Assembly (NCBI GenBank): GCA_964481125.1 | Contig: CAYZSL010000002.1 | Location: 117,801 to 149,800, forward strand | Reading direction: 5' to 3' | DNA length: 32,000 nt | Source: an uncultured Candidatus Saccharibacteria bacterium | Lineage (GTDB): Bacteria > Patescibacteriota > Minisyncoccia > Minisyncoccales > RBG-13-42-11 | In this document: piece by piece, positions 7,892 to 16,744 of the stretch | Position numbering within the stretch: the stretch's first letter is position 1 | Layout: each line of letters starts with the position of its first letter | The notes under the pieces: generated by a model | The model's input: the letters and a program-made list of their open reading frames with translations, nothing else | What the model was told of the DNA's origin: nothing | Database searches by the model: none | Program-made: the position numbers and the translations under genes

Positions 7892-10027
7892 TTATTGGCT
7901 TTTAGCTTCTTTTAAAGAAAGATTGATTCTTCCTTGTTCGTCGATCGAAATGACTTTGACCGGAACAATATCTCCCACTTTGACGATGTCTTCCACTTTG
8001 TTTACGTGGTGATCGGCCAGCTGGGAGATGTGGACTAAGCCCTCTTGTCCTGGCAGCATTTCAACAAAAGCGCCGAAATCCAGAATCCTTTTGACTTTTC
8101 CCTGGAAGATTTCGCCGATTTTGACTTCGTGGGTGATATTTTTTATCCAGGAAGCAGCTTTTTCCGCTGCCTCTTCTTTTTCAGCGGTAATGAAAATTCT
8201 GCCAGAATCTTCAATATCGATTGATACGCCGCACTCTCCGATGATTTCATTTATTATTTTTCCGCCAGGGCCTATCACTTCCCTTATTTTGACAGGATTT
8301 ATCTGTAAAATTAATATCCTGGGAGCATGGGGAGAAAGGCTTTCTTTCGGTTTGGAAATTACTTTCGTCATTTCGCTTAAAATCTGTAGTCTTGCTTTTT
8401 TAGCCTGAATCAAAGCGTTTGAAATAATTTCCTTGCCGATCCCCTGGATTTTAACGTCCATTTGGATGGCAGTAATTCCTTTTTCCGTTCCAGCAACTTT
8501 AAAGTCCATGTCTCCGTGGTGGTCTTCCGGTCCCTGAATGTCGGTTAATATTTTGTAGTTTCCTTTCAAATCAGCCATTAACCCTAAAGCAATGCCAGTA
8601 GCCGGCCTGCTGATCGGTACGCCAGCATCCATTAAAGCCAAAGAAGCGGCTGAAACAGAAGCCATGGAAGTTGAACCGTTGGAAGAAAGGATTTCAGTAA
8701 CTATGCGGATGGTGTACGGGAATTTATCAAAACCGGGCACTAAAGGCATCAAAGCTTTTTCTGCCAGCATGCCGTGGCCTATTTCCCTTCTGCCAGGGCC
8801 CCTCATCGGTTTTACTTCGCCAGAAGAGTAAGGAGGGAAGTTGTAATGATGCATGAATCTTTTCTTACCGGTAGTTTCCATTCCTTCAAGAAGCCTGACG
8901 TCGCCTGGCGCGCCCAAGGTCAGTATGGAAAGCGCTTTGGTTTGACCCCTGACAAATAATCCTGAGCCGTGGGTTCTGGGCAATAATCCTACTTCGCATT
9001 CTATGTTCCTTACCTCGTCAATCTTTCTGGAATCAGGCCTTTTGCCAGACTTAATAACGCTTTCGTGGATCATTTTTTCGATTTCTTCTTCAAAAAATGT
9101 CTTTGCATAACTTTCCTTTCCCATGTCAGGATATTTTTCCTGGATAAAATAGACCAGTTCTCCTTTTAAGAGATTGACTTCGTCCATTTGGCTTTTCTTG
9201 TCTTTTTGGAAGAAAGCTTTTTCCAGTTTGTTTCCCAGAAAATCCCTAATGTCTTTTTCCAGGTTTTCGTCTTTGGGAGTTTCCTTGATTACCACTTTTT
9301 CCTTGCCGGATTTTTGAGTAATTTCTTTTTGAAAACCAATAAGCTTTTTCAAGAAGGGCTTGGCAAAATCAACCGCTTTCAAAACAGTGTCCTCTTCTAT
9401 TTCATTACTCTCCATTTCAATCATATTGATTAAAATGTCATCGTCTTTGTCATTACCCAAATCATTAGCCAGGGGCGAGGAAAGTCCGGCAATTGCCAAA
9501 TCTAATTCAGCTTTTTCTCGTTCTCCGTAAGTCGGGTTGATAATAAAGCCTTTTTCATCCTTACCTACCCTGAGAATGGCTATCGGTCCTGCCCATGGTA
9601 TGTCAGAAATGGAAAGAGCCATGGAAGCAGCAATTAATCCGACAATATCAGGATCATTCTCCCCGTCCCAGGAAAGGCAGGTAACCACTACCTGGACTTC
9701 TCTTTTCAGATTTTTAGGAAAACGGGGTCTTATTGCCCTGTCGATAAATCTGGCAGTCAGAATAGCTTCGTCTGAAGGCCGGCTTTCCCTTCGTAAGTAT
9801 CTTGAGCCTAAGATCTTGCCGGCAGCATAATATCTTTCTTCGTATTCAACAGTCAAAGGGAAAAAATCAATTCCTTCCCGTTCGAAATCAGACATGACAG
9901 CTGTGGCTAAAACCGTAGTCTCTCCGTATTGGACCAGAACGCTGCCCGAAGCCTGTTCGGCCAAGTTGCTGATTTCAACCTTTAGCTCTTTACCTCCGAT
10001 TTCTAATTTAAAAGTTTCTTTTTTCAT
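7892..10027 (-). CDS. pnp: Polyribonucleotide nucleotidyltransferase (PNPase)
   Basis: 711 aa with two RNase PH-like domains (e.g. HGSGLFVRGQT, REIGHG, EILSSNGSTSMA) and C-terminal KH (GPGGKIINEI) and S1 (GEIFQGKVKRILDFGAFVE) domains. Confidence 0.97.
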   Translation of the reverse strand: MKKETFKLEIGGKELKVEISNLAEQASGSVLVQYGETTVLATAVMSDFEREGIDFFPLTVEYEERYYAAGKILGSRYLRRESRPSDEAILTARFIDRAIRPRFPKNLKREVQVVVTCLSWDGENDPDIVGLIAASMALSISDIPWAGPIAILRVGKDEKGFIINPTYGEREKAELDLAIAGLSSPLANDLGNDKDDDILINMIEMESNEIEEDTVLKAVDFAKPFLKKLIGFQKEITQKSGKEKVVIKETPKDENLEKDIRDFLGNKLEKAFFQKDKKSQMDEVNLLKGELVYFIQEKYPDMGKESYAKTFFEEEIEKMIHESVIKSGKRPDSRKIDEVRNIECEVGLLPRTHGSGLFVRGQTKALSILTLGAPGDVRLLEGMETTGKKRFMHHYNFPPYSSGEVKPMRGPGRREIGHGMLAEKALMPLVPGFDKFPYTIRIVTEILSSNGSTSMASVSAASLALMDAGVPISRPATGIALGLMADLKGNYKILTDIQGPEDHHGDMDFKVAGTEKGITAIQMDVKIQGIGKEIISNALIQAKKARLQILSEMTKVISKPKESLSPHAPRILILQINPVKIREVIGPGGKIINEIIGECGVSIDIEDSGRIFITAEKEEAAEKAASWIKNITHEVKIGEIFQGKVKRILDFGAFVEMLPGQEGLVHISQLADHHVNKVEDIVKVGDIVPVKVISIDEQGRINLSLKEAKSQ

Positions 10028-10028
10028 T

Positions 10029-10535
10029 TTATCTTGCTTTTAATAAATATTTATCCAGGTTTTTTTCCAAATCAATGAATTCGTCAACCGATTCTTTCAG
10101 CTTGGAAGAAGATGACTTGCCAAAAGCAACAACCTCAACTCTTTTACCCTGGTTTTTCAAATATTCCACCAATTGCAGGAAATCGCCGTCCCCTGAGCAC
10201 AAAACAATGGCATCGCAGCTCTGGGAGATTCTTATAGCGTCAACCGTAATGCCGACATCCCAGTCAGCTTTTTTCAATCCTCCGAAAAACTCCTGCAAAT
10301 CTCTGACCCTGGTTTCAATGCCCAGTTTTATCAAAGCTTCAAAAAAAGGCTTTTCTTCCCCTGTTTTTGTTTTGACAACATAAGCAAAAGCCCTGATTAA
10401 GTTCCTGTTGGAAACAGCCACTTTTAAAATGGCTCCGAAGTTAACCCTGGCGCCATGCAGATTTTTAGCAGAATGGTAAAGATTTTGAACGTCGATCAAT
10501 ACGGCCACTCTTTGGCCCGAATGTTTGATTACCAT
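10029..10535 (-). CDS. NYN-domain (LabA-like) predicted ribonuclease
   Basis: VAVLIDVQNLYHSA, DVGITVDAI, DAIVLCSGDGDFLQLVEYLKNQGKRVEVVAF. Sits 2 nt after rpsO and 1 nt before pnp. Confidence 0.75.
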   Translation of the reverse strand: MVIKHSGQRVAVLIDVQNLYHSAKNLHGARVNFGAILKVAVSNRNLIRAFAYVVKTKTGEEKPFFEALIKLGIETRVRDLQEFFGGLKKADWDVGITVDAIRISQSCDAIVLCSGDGDFLQLVEYLKNQGKRVEVVAFGKSSSSKLKESVDEFIDLEKNLDKYLLKAR

Positions 10536-10537
10536 AA

Positions 10538-10804
10538 TTATTTCTTTAATCCTATTTTTTTGATTATGCTGTTATATCTTTTTGCACTTTCCTTCTTTAA
10601 ATAACCGAGCAGGCTTCTCCTTTTTGAAACCATTTTCAATAGCCCTCTTTTTGAGTGGACGTCTTTGGCGTGAATTTTTAAATGTAAAAGCAGCTGTTTT
10701 ATTTCCTCGGACAATAAAGCAACCTGTACTTCCGGAGAACCGGTATCCACGTCGTGCAACTTGTAATTTTTGATTATTTTTTCTTTTTCTTGTTGTGAAA
10801 GCAT
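10538..10804 (-). CDS. rpsO: 30S ribosomal protein S15
   Basis: 88 aa with [36 protein letters not shown]. Confidence 0.95.
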   Translation of the reverse strand: MLSQQEKEKIIKNYKLHDVDTGSPEVQVALLSEEIKQLLLHLKIHAKDVHSKRGLLKMVSKRRSLLGYLKKESAKRYNSIIKKIGLKK

Positions 10805-10830
10805 ATGTTTTTGTTTAAAAATTATTGCTG

Positions 10831-10903
10831 TGCCCCCGCCGCGACTCGAACGCGGAACCTTATCCTTAAGAGGGATCTGCTCTACCGATTGAGCTACAGG
10901 GGC
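10831..10903 (-). tRNA. tRNA-Lys (anticodon CTT), no encoded CCA
   Basis: Hand-folded reverse complement: GCCCCTG/CGGGGGC acceptor, GCTC/GAGC D stem, anticodon loop CTCTTAA, CCGCG-TTCGAGT-CGCGG T arm. 73 nt. Confidence 0.85.
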
Positions 10904-10910
10904 TCGTTTG

Positions 10911-10982
10911 TGCCCCCGGAAGGATTCGAACCCTCACCTTAAGTTCCGAAGACTTACACGCTATCCATTACGCCACGGGGGC
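10911..10982 (-). tRNA. tRNA-Arg (anticodon TCG), no encoded CCA
   Basis: Reverse complement: GCCCCCG/CGGGGGC acceptor, anticodon stem TAAGT/ACTTA, loop CTTCGGA, T arm GAGGG-TTCGAAT-CCTTC. 72 nt. Confidence 0.85.
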
Positions 10983-11012
10983 GCGCGTCATTTTCTAATG
11001 ATAGCAGATTAA

Positions 11013-11041
11013 TTGAAAAAAACAAGTTTTTAAGATAAGAT
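11013..11041 (+). promoter_or_regulatory. Sigma70-like promoter placed for a leaderless cca transcript
   Basis: TTGAAA (11013-11018), 17 nt spacer, TAAGAT (11036-11041), then 6 nt to the ATG at 11048. No Shine-Dalgarno. Confidence 0.4.
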
Positions 11042-11047
11042 GAGAAT

Positions 11048-12517
11048 ATGCTGATTCCAAAAGAGGTAAAAACTATTATTGAAAAACTGAAAAAGGCTGG
11101 TTTCCAGGCCTATATTGTCGGTGGCTGCCTCAGGGATATTTTAAGGAAAGCTAAGCCGGAAGACTGGGACATTGCTACCAACGCCAAGCCCAAAGAAATA
11201 CAAAAGCTGTTCTCAAAGAGCTTTTACGAGAATAAATTTCTGACAGTGACTGTTAAAACCAACAGTAAAGCCAAAGAACTGAAAGAAGTTGAAATTACAA
11301 CTTACAGGTCTGAGGCGAAATACAGCGATAAAAGGCATCCTGACGAAGTTAAATTCGCCAAAACCATAAAAGAAGATTTAGCCAGAAGGGACTTTACAGT
11401 CAATGCTATTGCTTTAGCTTTAAAAGGCAAAGAATATGATATAGAAGATCCTTTTGACGGGCAAAAAGACTTGAAAACAAGATTGATAAGGGCTGTCGGC
11501 GACCCGCAAAAGCGCTTTTCAGAGGATGCTTTGAGAATGATGAGAGGAGTTAGATTTTTCACCACTTTGAACGGTTCCGCCAAGTGGCAGATTGAGCCAA
11601 AAACAGCTCAAGCCATAAAAAAAAATGCCTCGCTCCTTCAGGAAATTTCCAAAGAAAGAGTAAGGGATGAATTAATAAAAATTGTCATGTCAGAAAGGGC
11701 GGCTGAGGGCATAGATCTTTTAAGAGAATTGGGATTGTTAAAGTATATTATTCCGGAACTGGAAGAAGGATACAAAGTTTCCCAGAACAAGCATCATATA
11801 TATGAATGCTACGACCACTATCTGAAATCTTTGGATTATGCAGCTAAAAAGAATTTCAACAAGCACGTAAGAATGGCTGCTTTGTTTCACGATGTCGGCA
11901 AGCCGAGATCCAAAAGAGGAAAAGGCCAGGATTCCACTTTTTACAGCCACGAGATAATCGGAGCGAAAATGACTTATCAAATATTGAACCGTTTGAAATT
12001 TCCCAAAAAAGACATTGAAAAGATAGTCAGGCTGGTCAGATACCATCTTTTCTACTATAATCCTGAAGAGGTCGGTGAAAGTTCTGTCAGGCGACTGGTC
12101 CGCGAAGCAGGCCCGGAAAACATGGAAGAGCTCTTACAGGTGAGAATGGCAGACAGAATAGGCTCTGGCGTTCCCAAGGCTGAACCTTACAAGCTAAGGC
12201 ATTTAAAGTATATAATTGATAAGGTCTCTCAAGATCCGATTTCAGCTAAAATGCTGAAAGCTAACGGAAAAGACGTGATGAAGATTCTAAATATTGAATC
12301 AGGGCCGAAAATAGGCCAGATACTGGATATTTTATTAAGTTACGTTTTAATTGATCCTGGAAAGAACAAAAAAGAATTTCTAGAAAAAGAAATTAAAAAG
12401 TTAGGCGAATTATCGGAAAAGGAAATTCTCTCTTTTTTTGCAAAAGCAAAAGCAGAAAGAGAAAAGATCGAAACCAAGAGAGACGAGATGACCAAGAAAA
12501 AATACTGGGTTACTTAA
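11048..12517 (+). CDS. cca: CCA-adding tRNA nucleotidyltransferase with HD domain
   Basis: GGCLRD, DWDIAT, RDFTVNA (class II nucleotidyltransferase head) and HD region ALFHDVGKP...H. 489 aa with a Lys/Glu-rich C-terminal tail. Confidence 0.9.
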   Translation: MLIPKEVKTIIEKLKKAGFQAYIVGGCLRDILRKAKPEDWDIATNAKPKEIQKLFSKSFYENKFLTVTVKTNSKAKELKEVEITTYRSEAKYSDKRHPDEVKFAKTIKEDLARRDFTVNAIALALKGKEYDIEDPFDGQKDLKTRLIRAVGDPQKRFSEDALRMMRGVRFFTTLNGSAKWQIEPKTAQAIKKNASLLQEISKERVRDELIKIVMSERAAEGIDLLRELGLLKYIIPELEEGYKVSQNKHHIYECYDHYLKSLDYAAKKNFNKHVRMAALFHDVGKPRSKRGKGQDSTFYSHEIIGAKMTYQILNRLKFPKKDIEKIVRLVRYHLFYYNPEEVGESSVRRLVREAGPENMEELLQVRMADRIGSGVPKAEPYKLRHLKYIIDKVSQDPISAKMLKANGKDVMKILNIESGPKIGQILDILLSYVLIDPGKNKKEFLEKEIKKLGELSEKEILSFFAKAKAEREKIETKRDEMTKKKYWVT

Positions 12518-12518
12518 A

Positions 12519-12589
12519 CGGGGTGTAGTATAACGGTAGTATACAGGGTTCGGGACTCTGCGGCCTGGGTTCAATTCCCAGCACCCCGA
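12519..12589 (+). tRNA. tRNA-Pro (anticodon CGG), no encoded CCA
   Basis: C1:G72 acceptor CGGGGTG/CACCCCG plus A73, anticodon loop TTCGGGA, T arm CTGGG-TTCAATT-CCCAG. 71 nt. Starts 1 nt after the cca stop codon. Confidence 0.85.
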
Positions 12590-12594
12590 AAGCT

Positions 12595-12666
12595 GGGCCT
12601 GTAGTTCAGTGGTAGAACGCCGCGTTCGCATCGCGGAAGTCGGCGGTTCAAATCCGCCCGGGTCCA
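12595..12666 (+). tRNA. tRNA-Ala (anticodon CGC), no encoded CCA
   Basis: Acceptor GGGCCTG/CGGGTCC includes the G3:U70 Ala identity pair. Anticodon stem CCGCG/CGCGG, loop TTCGCAT, T arm GGCGG-TTCAAAT-CCGCC. 72 nt. Confidence 0.88.
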
Positions 12667-12679
12667 TAATTTTCCCCTA

Positions 12680-12707
12680 TTGACGGTTTGTTTTGCTTTG
12701 CTATCAT
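12680..12707 (+). promoter_or_regulatory. Candidate nusA promoter
   Basis: TTGACG (12680-12685), 16 nt spacer, TATCAT (12702-12707). A small leader hairpin follows at 12715-12733. Confidence 0.35.
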
Positions 12708-12746
12708 TTAATTAGTCCGCAAAAGTTGCGGGCACTTTTTAAAAAT

Positions 12747-13976
12747 ATGTTTGACATCAAAAATTTCATGTCGGCCATCGCCCAGATTGCCGAAGAAAAA
12801 AGCATCTCGCCTGAAAAGGTTTTGGAAACCATTGAGGTAGCCATTGCCGCAGCCTATAAAAAAGACTACGGGAAAAAGGGACAGATAATCAAAGCCAAAC
12901 TTGATCCGGAATCAGGCAATGTTCAGTTTAAACAAGTAAAGATAGTCGTAGACAAGAAAATGATTTATTCGGAAGAAGAATTGGAGAAAATGAAAACTTT
13001 GCCTTCCGAATCCTTTTCAAGAGATTCTGAAAAGCAGGCTTTATCAGAAGACAAAAAAATCCGCTTTAATCCGGAAAAGCATATTATGTTTGAAGAAGCC
13101 AAAAAGATAAATTCTAAAATAAAAGTTAGCGAAGAGCTGGAAACTGATTTGGAAGAAAAAAAGGATTACGGTAGGATCGCCGCCCAAACCGCAAAACAGG
13201 TTATCTTGCAAAAGATAAGGGAAGCTGAAAAAGAAAGCGTTTTTACGGAATACAAATCAAAAGAAGGAGAAATAGTTTCAGGTATTGTCCAGAGAATTGA
13301 AGGAAGGAATGTTTTTATGGATGTCGGCAAAACCTTGGGAATCTTGCCCAGGGAAGAGCAGGTACCAGGGGAATTCTACAGGCCCGGACAGCGCCTTAAA
13401 GTTTTTCTTTTGAAAGTTGAAGAAACGCCCAGAGGCCCTGTTATACTTTTATCAAGGGCTTATCCTAAATTAATTTCAAAACTTTTTGAACTTGAAGCTC
13501 CGGAAGTTTCTTCAGGCCAAGTTCAAATAAAATCAATTGCCAGAGAGGCGGGTTTTCGTTCAAAGATAGCTGTCATTTCCGAAACCGAAGGAATAGATCC
13601 GATAGGTTCTATGGTTGGTCAGAAAGGAACAAGGGTTATGGCAGTAATTAATGAATTGGGAGGAGAAAAGATTGATATTATCGAGTACTCGCCAGACTCT
13701 GAAAAATATATTGCCAATTCCCTTTCTCCGGCCAAAGTCCTGGAGGTGAAGATAATGCCGAAAAGCAAAGCCATAGTTATTGTTCCTGAAGACCAGTTGT
13801 CCTTAGCCATTGGCAAAGACGGACAAAACGTAAGATTAGCAGCTAAGCTGACCGGTTGGAAAATAGACGTTAAAGCAGAGGGCTATGTCGGAGAAGAAAA
13901 GAAAGAAGAGGAACCAAAAGAGAAAAAAGAAACAAAGAAACCAAAAAAGAAAGAGACAGAAAAGGTTAAAAAATAA
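12747..13976 (+). CDS. nusA: Transcription termination/antitermination factor NusA
   Basis: [39 protein letters not shown] is a typical NusA N-terminus. S1 ([21 protein letters not shown]) and two KH regions follow, with a Lys/Glu-rich tail. The track start 12693 is a TTG extension, so I prefer ATG 12747. Confidence 0.92.
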   Translation: MFDIKNFMSAIAQIAEEKSISPEKVLETIEVAIAAAYKKDYGKKGQIIKAKLDPESGNVQFKQVKIVVDKKMIYSEEELEKMKTLPSESFSRDSEKQALSEDKKIRFNPEKHIMFEEAKKINSKIKVSEELETDLEEKKDYGRIAAQTAKQVILQKIREAEKESVFTEYKSKEGEIVSGIVQRIEGRNVFMDVGKTLGILPREEQVPGEFYRPGQRLKVFLLKVEETPRGPVILLSRAYPKLISKLFELEAPEVSSGQVQIKSIAREAGFRSKIAVISETEGIDPIGSMVGQKGTRVMAVINELGGEKIDIIEYSPDSEKYIANSLSPAKVLEVKIMPKSKAIVIVPEDQLSLAIGKDGQNVRLAAKLTGWKIDVKAEGYVGEEKKEEEPKEKKETKKPKKKETEKVKK

Positions 13977-13996
13977 TAATCAATAATCTTACATTT

Positions 13997-15979
13997 ATGA
14001 TAATCATTCCAATAATCGTTTCCGTTTTCTCCTTAGTTTTCGCTTACTTTCTGATAAAAGAAATAAATAAAGCCTCTTCCGGTTCGGGGAAGATGATTGA
14101 AATTTCCCAGGCTATTAAAGAGGGAGCCATGGCTTTTTTGAAAAGGCAGTACAAGACCTGCGCGGTTGTGGCTGTTATTATATTTTTTATTCTTTTGATA
14201 GCTTTAGGCTTTAAAATAGCAATCGGCTTTTTGATTGGCGCCTTAGCTTCAGGCTTGGCGGGTTATCTCGGCATGGTTGTTTCGACTAAAGCCAACGTCA
14301 AAGTGGCTGAGGCAGCCAAAAGCGGCTTAAAATCAGCTTTAAGTTTAGCTTTCAAAGGAGGTTCAGTAACAGGATTCTTGGTTGCTGGCTTGGGATTGCT
14401 TTCTGTTTCCGGTTTTTATCTTTTGACCCAGGATTTGAAATCTTTAATCGCTTTAGGATTTGGCGGAAGCTTGATTTCCGTTTTTGCCAGATTGGGAGGT
14501 GGAATTTACACGAAAGCAGCGGATGTGGGCGCTGATTTGGTCGGTAAGGTAGAAAAAGGAATTCCAGAAGACGATCCGAGGAATCCGGCAGTTATCGCTG
14601 ATCAGGTTGGCGACAATGTTGGAGACTGTGCAGGAATGGCAGCTGACCTTTTTGAAACGTATGTGATAACAATTGTGGCAGCCATGGTTTTGGGAGGATT
14701 GTTTTTCCCGAGTTTGCCAGAAGCGATCATGCTTCCTTTGCTCTTGGGGTCAATCGCAACTCTAGCTTCTATTATTGCAACTTTTTTTGTCAGGTTGGGC
14801 AAGGACCAGAGCATTATGCCAGCTTTTTACAAAGGATTGATGGTGGCAGGCTTTTTATCAGCTCTTGGTTTTTTGCCAGCCATTTTCCAGTTCAGCAAAA
14901 GTTTGAAAATACCGGTAGCTAATCTATATTTGCCAGCTTTAATCGGCCTTTTGATTGCTGCTTTCATGTTCATAATCACTGAATTTTTCACTTCCAAAAA
15001 ATATTCTCCTGTTAAATCAATAGCTTCAGCTTCCCAATCAGGCCATGGCCCTAATATTATCATTGGCTTGGCAATAGGAATGAAATCAACCGTTCTGCCA
15101 GTTATCATTATTGCTGCGGGCATTCTTATCAGTTTCGCGCTCGGTGGAACATACGGTTTGGCTATTGCTGCTGTGGCCATGCTTTCTTTGACAGGATTGA
15201 TTATTGCTTTGGACGCTTACGGTCCAATAACTGACAATGCAGCAGGTATTTCAGAAATGGCAGACCTCCCTGAAAAAAACAGAAAAACTACTGATGCTTT
15301 GGATGCTGTCGGTAATACGACAAAAGCAGTAACCAAAGCTTATGCCATTGCTTCTGCCGGCTTAGCTGCTTTGGTGCTTTTCTCAGTTTACACTCAGGAA
15401 TTGCTGGATATGGGAAGAAAGGTCCAGTTTTTATTGGACGACCCCAAAGTTTTAGCCGGCCTTTTTCTCGGCGGAGTGGTCGCCTATTATTTTGTTTCCT
15501 TATCAATGACAGCTGTCGGCAAGGCTGCTGGCAAAGTGGTTGAAGAAGTAAGAAGGCAATTCAAAGAGATAAAAGGATTGATGGAAGGAAAAGCCAGGCC
15601 TGATTATTCAAGATGCGTTGATATCGTAACCAAAGCTGCTTTAAAAGAAATGATAGTGCCCGCTCTTTTGCCAGTTGTCTTTCCGATTCTAGTCGGTTTC
15701 ATTTTGGGACCTGAAGCTCTGGGCGGATTATTGATCGGTTCAATTATTGTCGGAATATTTTTAGCCATTTCAATGACTTCAGGAGGAGCTGCCTGGGATA
15801 ATGCAAAAAAGTATATTGAAGAAGGAAACTTCGGAGGAAAAGGAAGTTTTGCCCACCAGTCAGCGGTAACTGGAGACACAGTTGGTGATCCTTACAAAGA
15901 TACTGCTGGTCCCGCTATAAACCCGATGATAAAAGTTCTCAATATAGTTGCTTTATTAATTGTTGTTTTCCTAGTATAA
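13997..15979 (+). CDS. hppA: Membrane-bound proton-translocating inorganic pyrophosphatase (K+-independent subtype by motif)
   Basis: [63 protein letters not shown] (Lys in GNTTKA), [20 protein letters not shown]. 660 aa, polytopic. Confidence 0.93.
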   Translation: MIIIPIIVSVFSLVFAYFLIKEINKASSGSGKMIEISQAIKEGAMAFLKRQYKTCAVVAVIIFFILLIALGFKIAIGFLIGALASGLAGYLGMVVSTKANVKVAEAAKSGLKSALSLAFKGGSVTGFLVAGLGLLSVSGFYLLTQDLKSLIALGFGGSLISVFARLGGGIYTKAADVGADLVGKVEKGIPEDDPRNPAVIADQVGDNVGDCAGMAADLFETYVITIVAAMVLGGLFFPSLPEAIMLPLLLGSIATLASIIATFFVRLGKDQSIMPAFYKGLMVAGFLSALGFLPAIFQFSKSLKIPVANLYLPALIGLLIAAFMFIITEFFTSKKYSPVKSIASASQSGHGPNIIIGLAIGMKSTVLPVIIIAAGILISFALGGTYGLAIAAVAMLSLTGLIIALDAYGPITDNAAGISEMADLPEKNRKTTDALDAVGNTTKAVTKAYAIASAGLAALVLFSVYTQELLDMGRKVQFLLDDPKVLAGLFLGGVVAYYFVSLSMTAVGKAAGKVVEEVRRQFKEIKGLMEGKARPDYSRCVDIVTKAALKEMIVPALLPVVFPILVGFILGPEALGGLLIGSIIVGIFLAISMTSGGAAWDNAKKYIEEGNFGGKGSFAHQSAVTGDTVGDPYKDTAGPAINPMIKVLNIVALLIVVFLV

Positions 15980-16006
15980 AGCGCCTCAATCAGAGAAAGA
16001 GTCGCC

Positions 16007-16627
16007 TTAAGAAAAGAAGAGGTTTATTCCCAGGCTTAGCAGATAAACAATTAGGAATATGTGAGGTAGGTTTACTGCTGCCAAATACCAGTGGCCGTAT
16101 TTTAATCCTTTTGCTCCTAGAGCGGCAACAGCGATGATGTCAGTTACGGGCAAAGGAAGGAGTAGGAATAATAATATGATCCAAGTGTTTTGTTTTCTCA
16201 GCCATACAGTAAACTTTTGCTTTTTATCGTTGGCAAACGAATTTAAGGCCTGGTATCCAGTCCCTTTTTTCAAAATTAGCATCTGATTTTTTGAAAAAGG
16301 GAGAACTAATCCTTTTTCTAATTGTTTTTTCAGCCAGTTTAGTGCTTTTTTCAGAAAGATTATTATGCCAAAGGTTCCGAAATAAATACAAAATAGCTGA
16401 ACTGTGCTTATGCCATAACAAGCAAGGCTGGCCTGCCAGAGAGGTTTGCCGCTGATAAGCCAGTAGTTTACTGTCCCCTGGAAATATACAAATAAAGGGA
16501 GAGAATGAGAAAGTATTTCTATGGGAGAACGGGAAAAGCTAAAAGGCAAAGCAAGACAAACAATAACAAAAACAATCAGAAGCTTTTTCTCGACAGGGAG
16601 AGTTGTGAACTTTTTTAAATTTCCCAA
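16007..16627 (-). CDS. Hypothetical polytopic membrane protein
   Basis: 206 aa with 5-6 hydrophobic segments. TTG start preceded by a strong GGAGGTGA (complement of 16638-16645), which is one of the few clear Shine-Dalgarno sites in the window. Confidence 0.55.
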   Translation of the reverse strand: MGNLKKFTTLPVEKKLLIVFVIVCLALPFSFSRSPIEILSHSLPLFVYFQGTVNYWLISGKPLWQASLACYGISTVQLFCIYFGTFGIIIFLKKALNWLKKQLEKGLVLPFSKNQMLILKKGTGYQALNSFANDKKQKFTVWLRKQNTWIILLFLLLPLPVTDIIAVAALGAKGLKYGHWYLAAVNLPHIFLIVYLLSLGINLFFS

Positions 16628-16709
16628 ATATTATCACCTCCTTTCTTGGGAATGCTAATTTCCAATCTTACACAACCAAAAACAAAAAGCAAGCTGTTTT
16701 TTTTTAAGT

Positions 16710-16737
16710 TTGACTAAAAATTTTAAAATAATATAAT
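16710..16737 (+). promoter_or_regulatory. Near-consensus sigma70 promoter placed for a leaderless clpP transcript
   Basis: TTGACT (16710-16715), 16 nt spacer, TATAAT (16732-16737), then 7 nt to the ATG at 16745. No Shine-Dalgarno. Confidence 0.5.
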
Positions 16738-16744
16738 TAAGTAT

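Noticed and set aside
12410-12667. 85-aa minus-strand ORF (MDPGGFEPPTSAMRTRRSTTELQ...)
   Set aside because: It is the reverse-complement reading of tRNA-Ala and tRNA-Pro. GFEPPT-type peptides are the usual artefact of translating T-arm and acceptor sequence.
12693-12746. TTG-initiated 18-codon N-terminal extension of NusA in the ORF track
   Set aside because: The extension covers the candidate promoter and leader hairpin. The conserved NusA N-terminus begins at ATG 12747.
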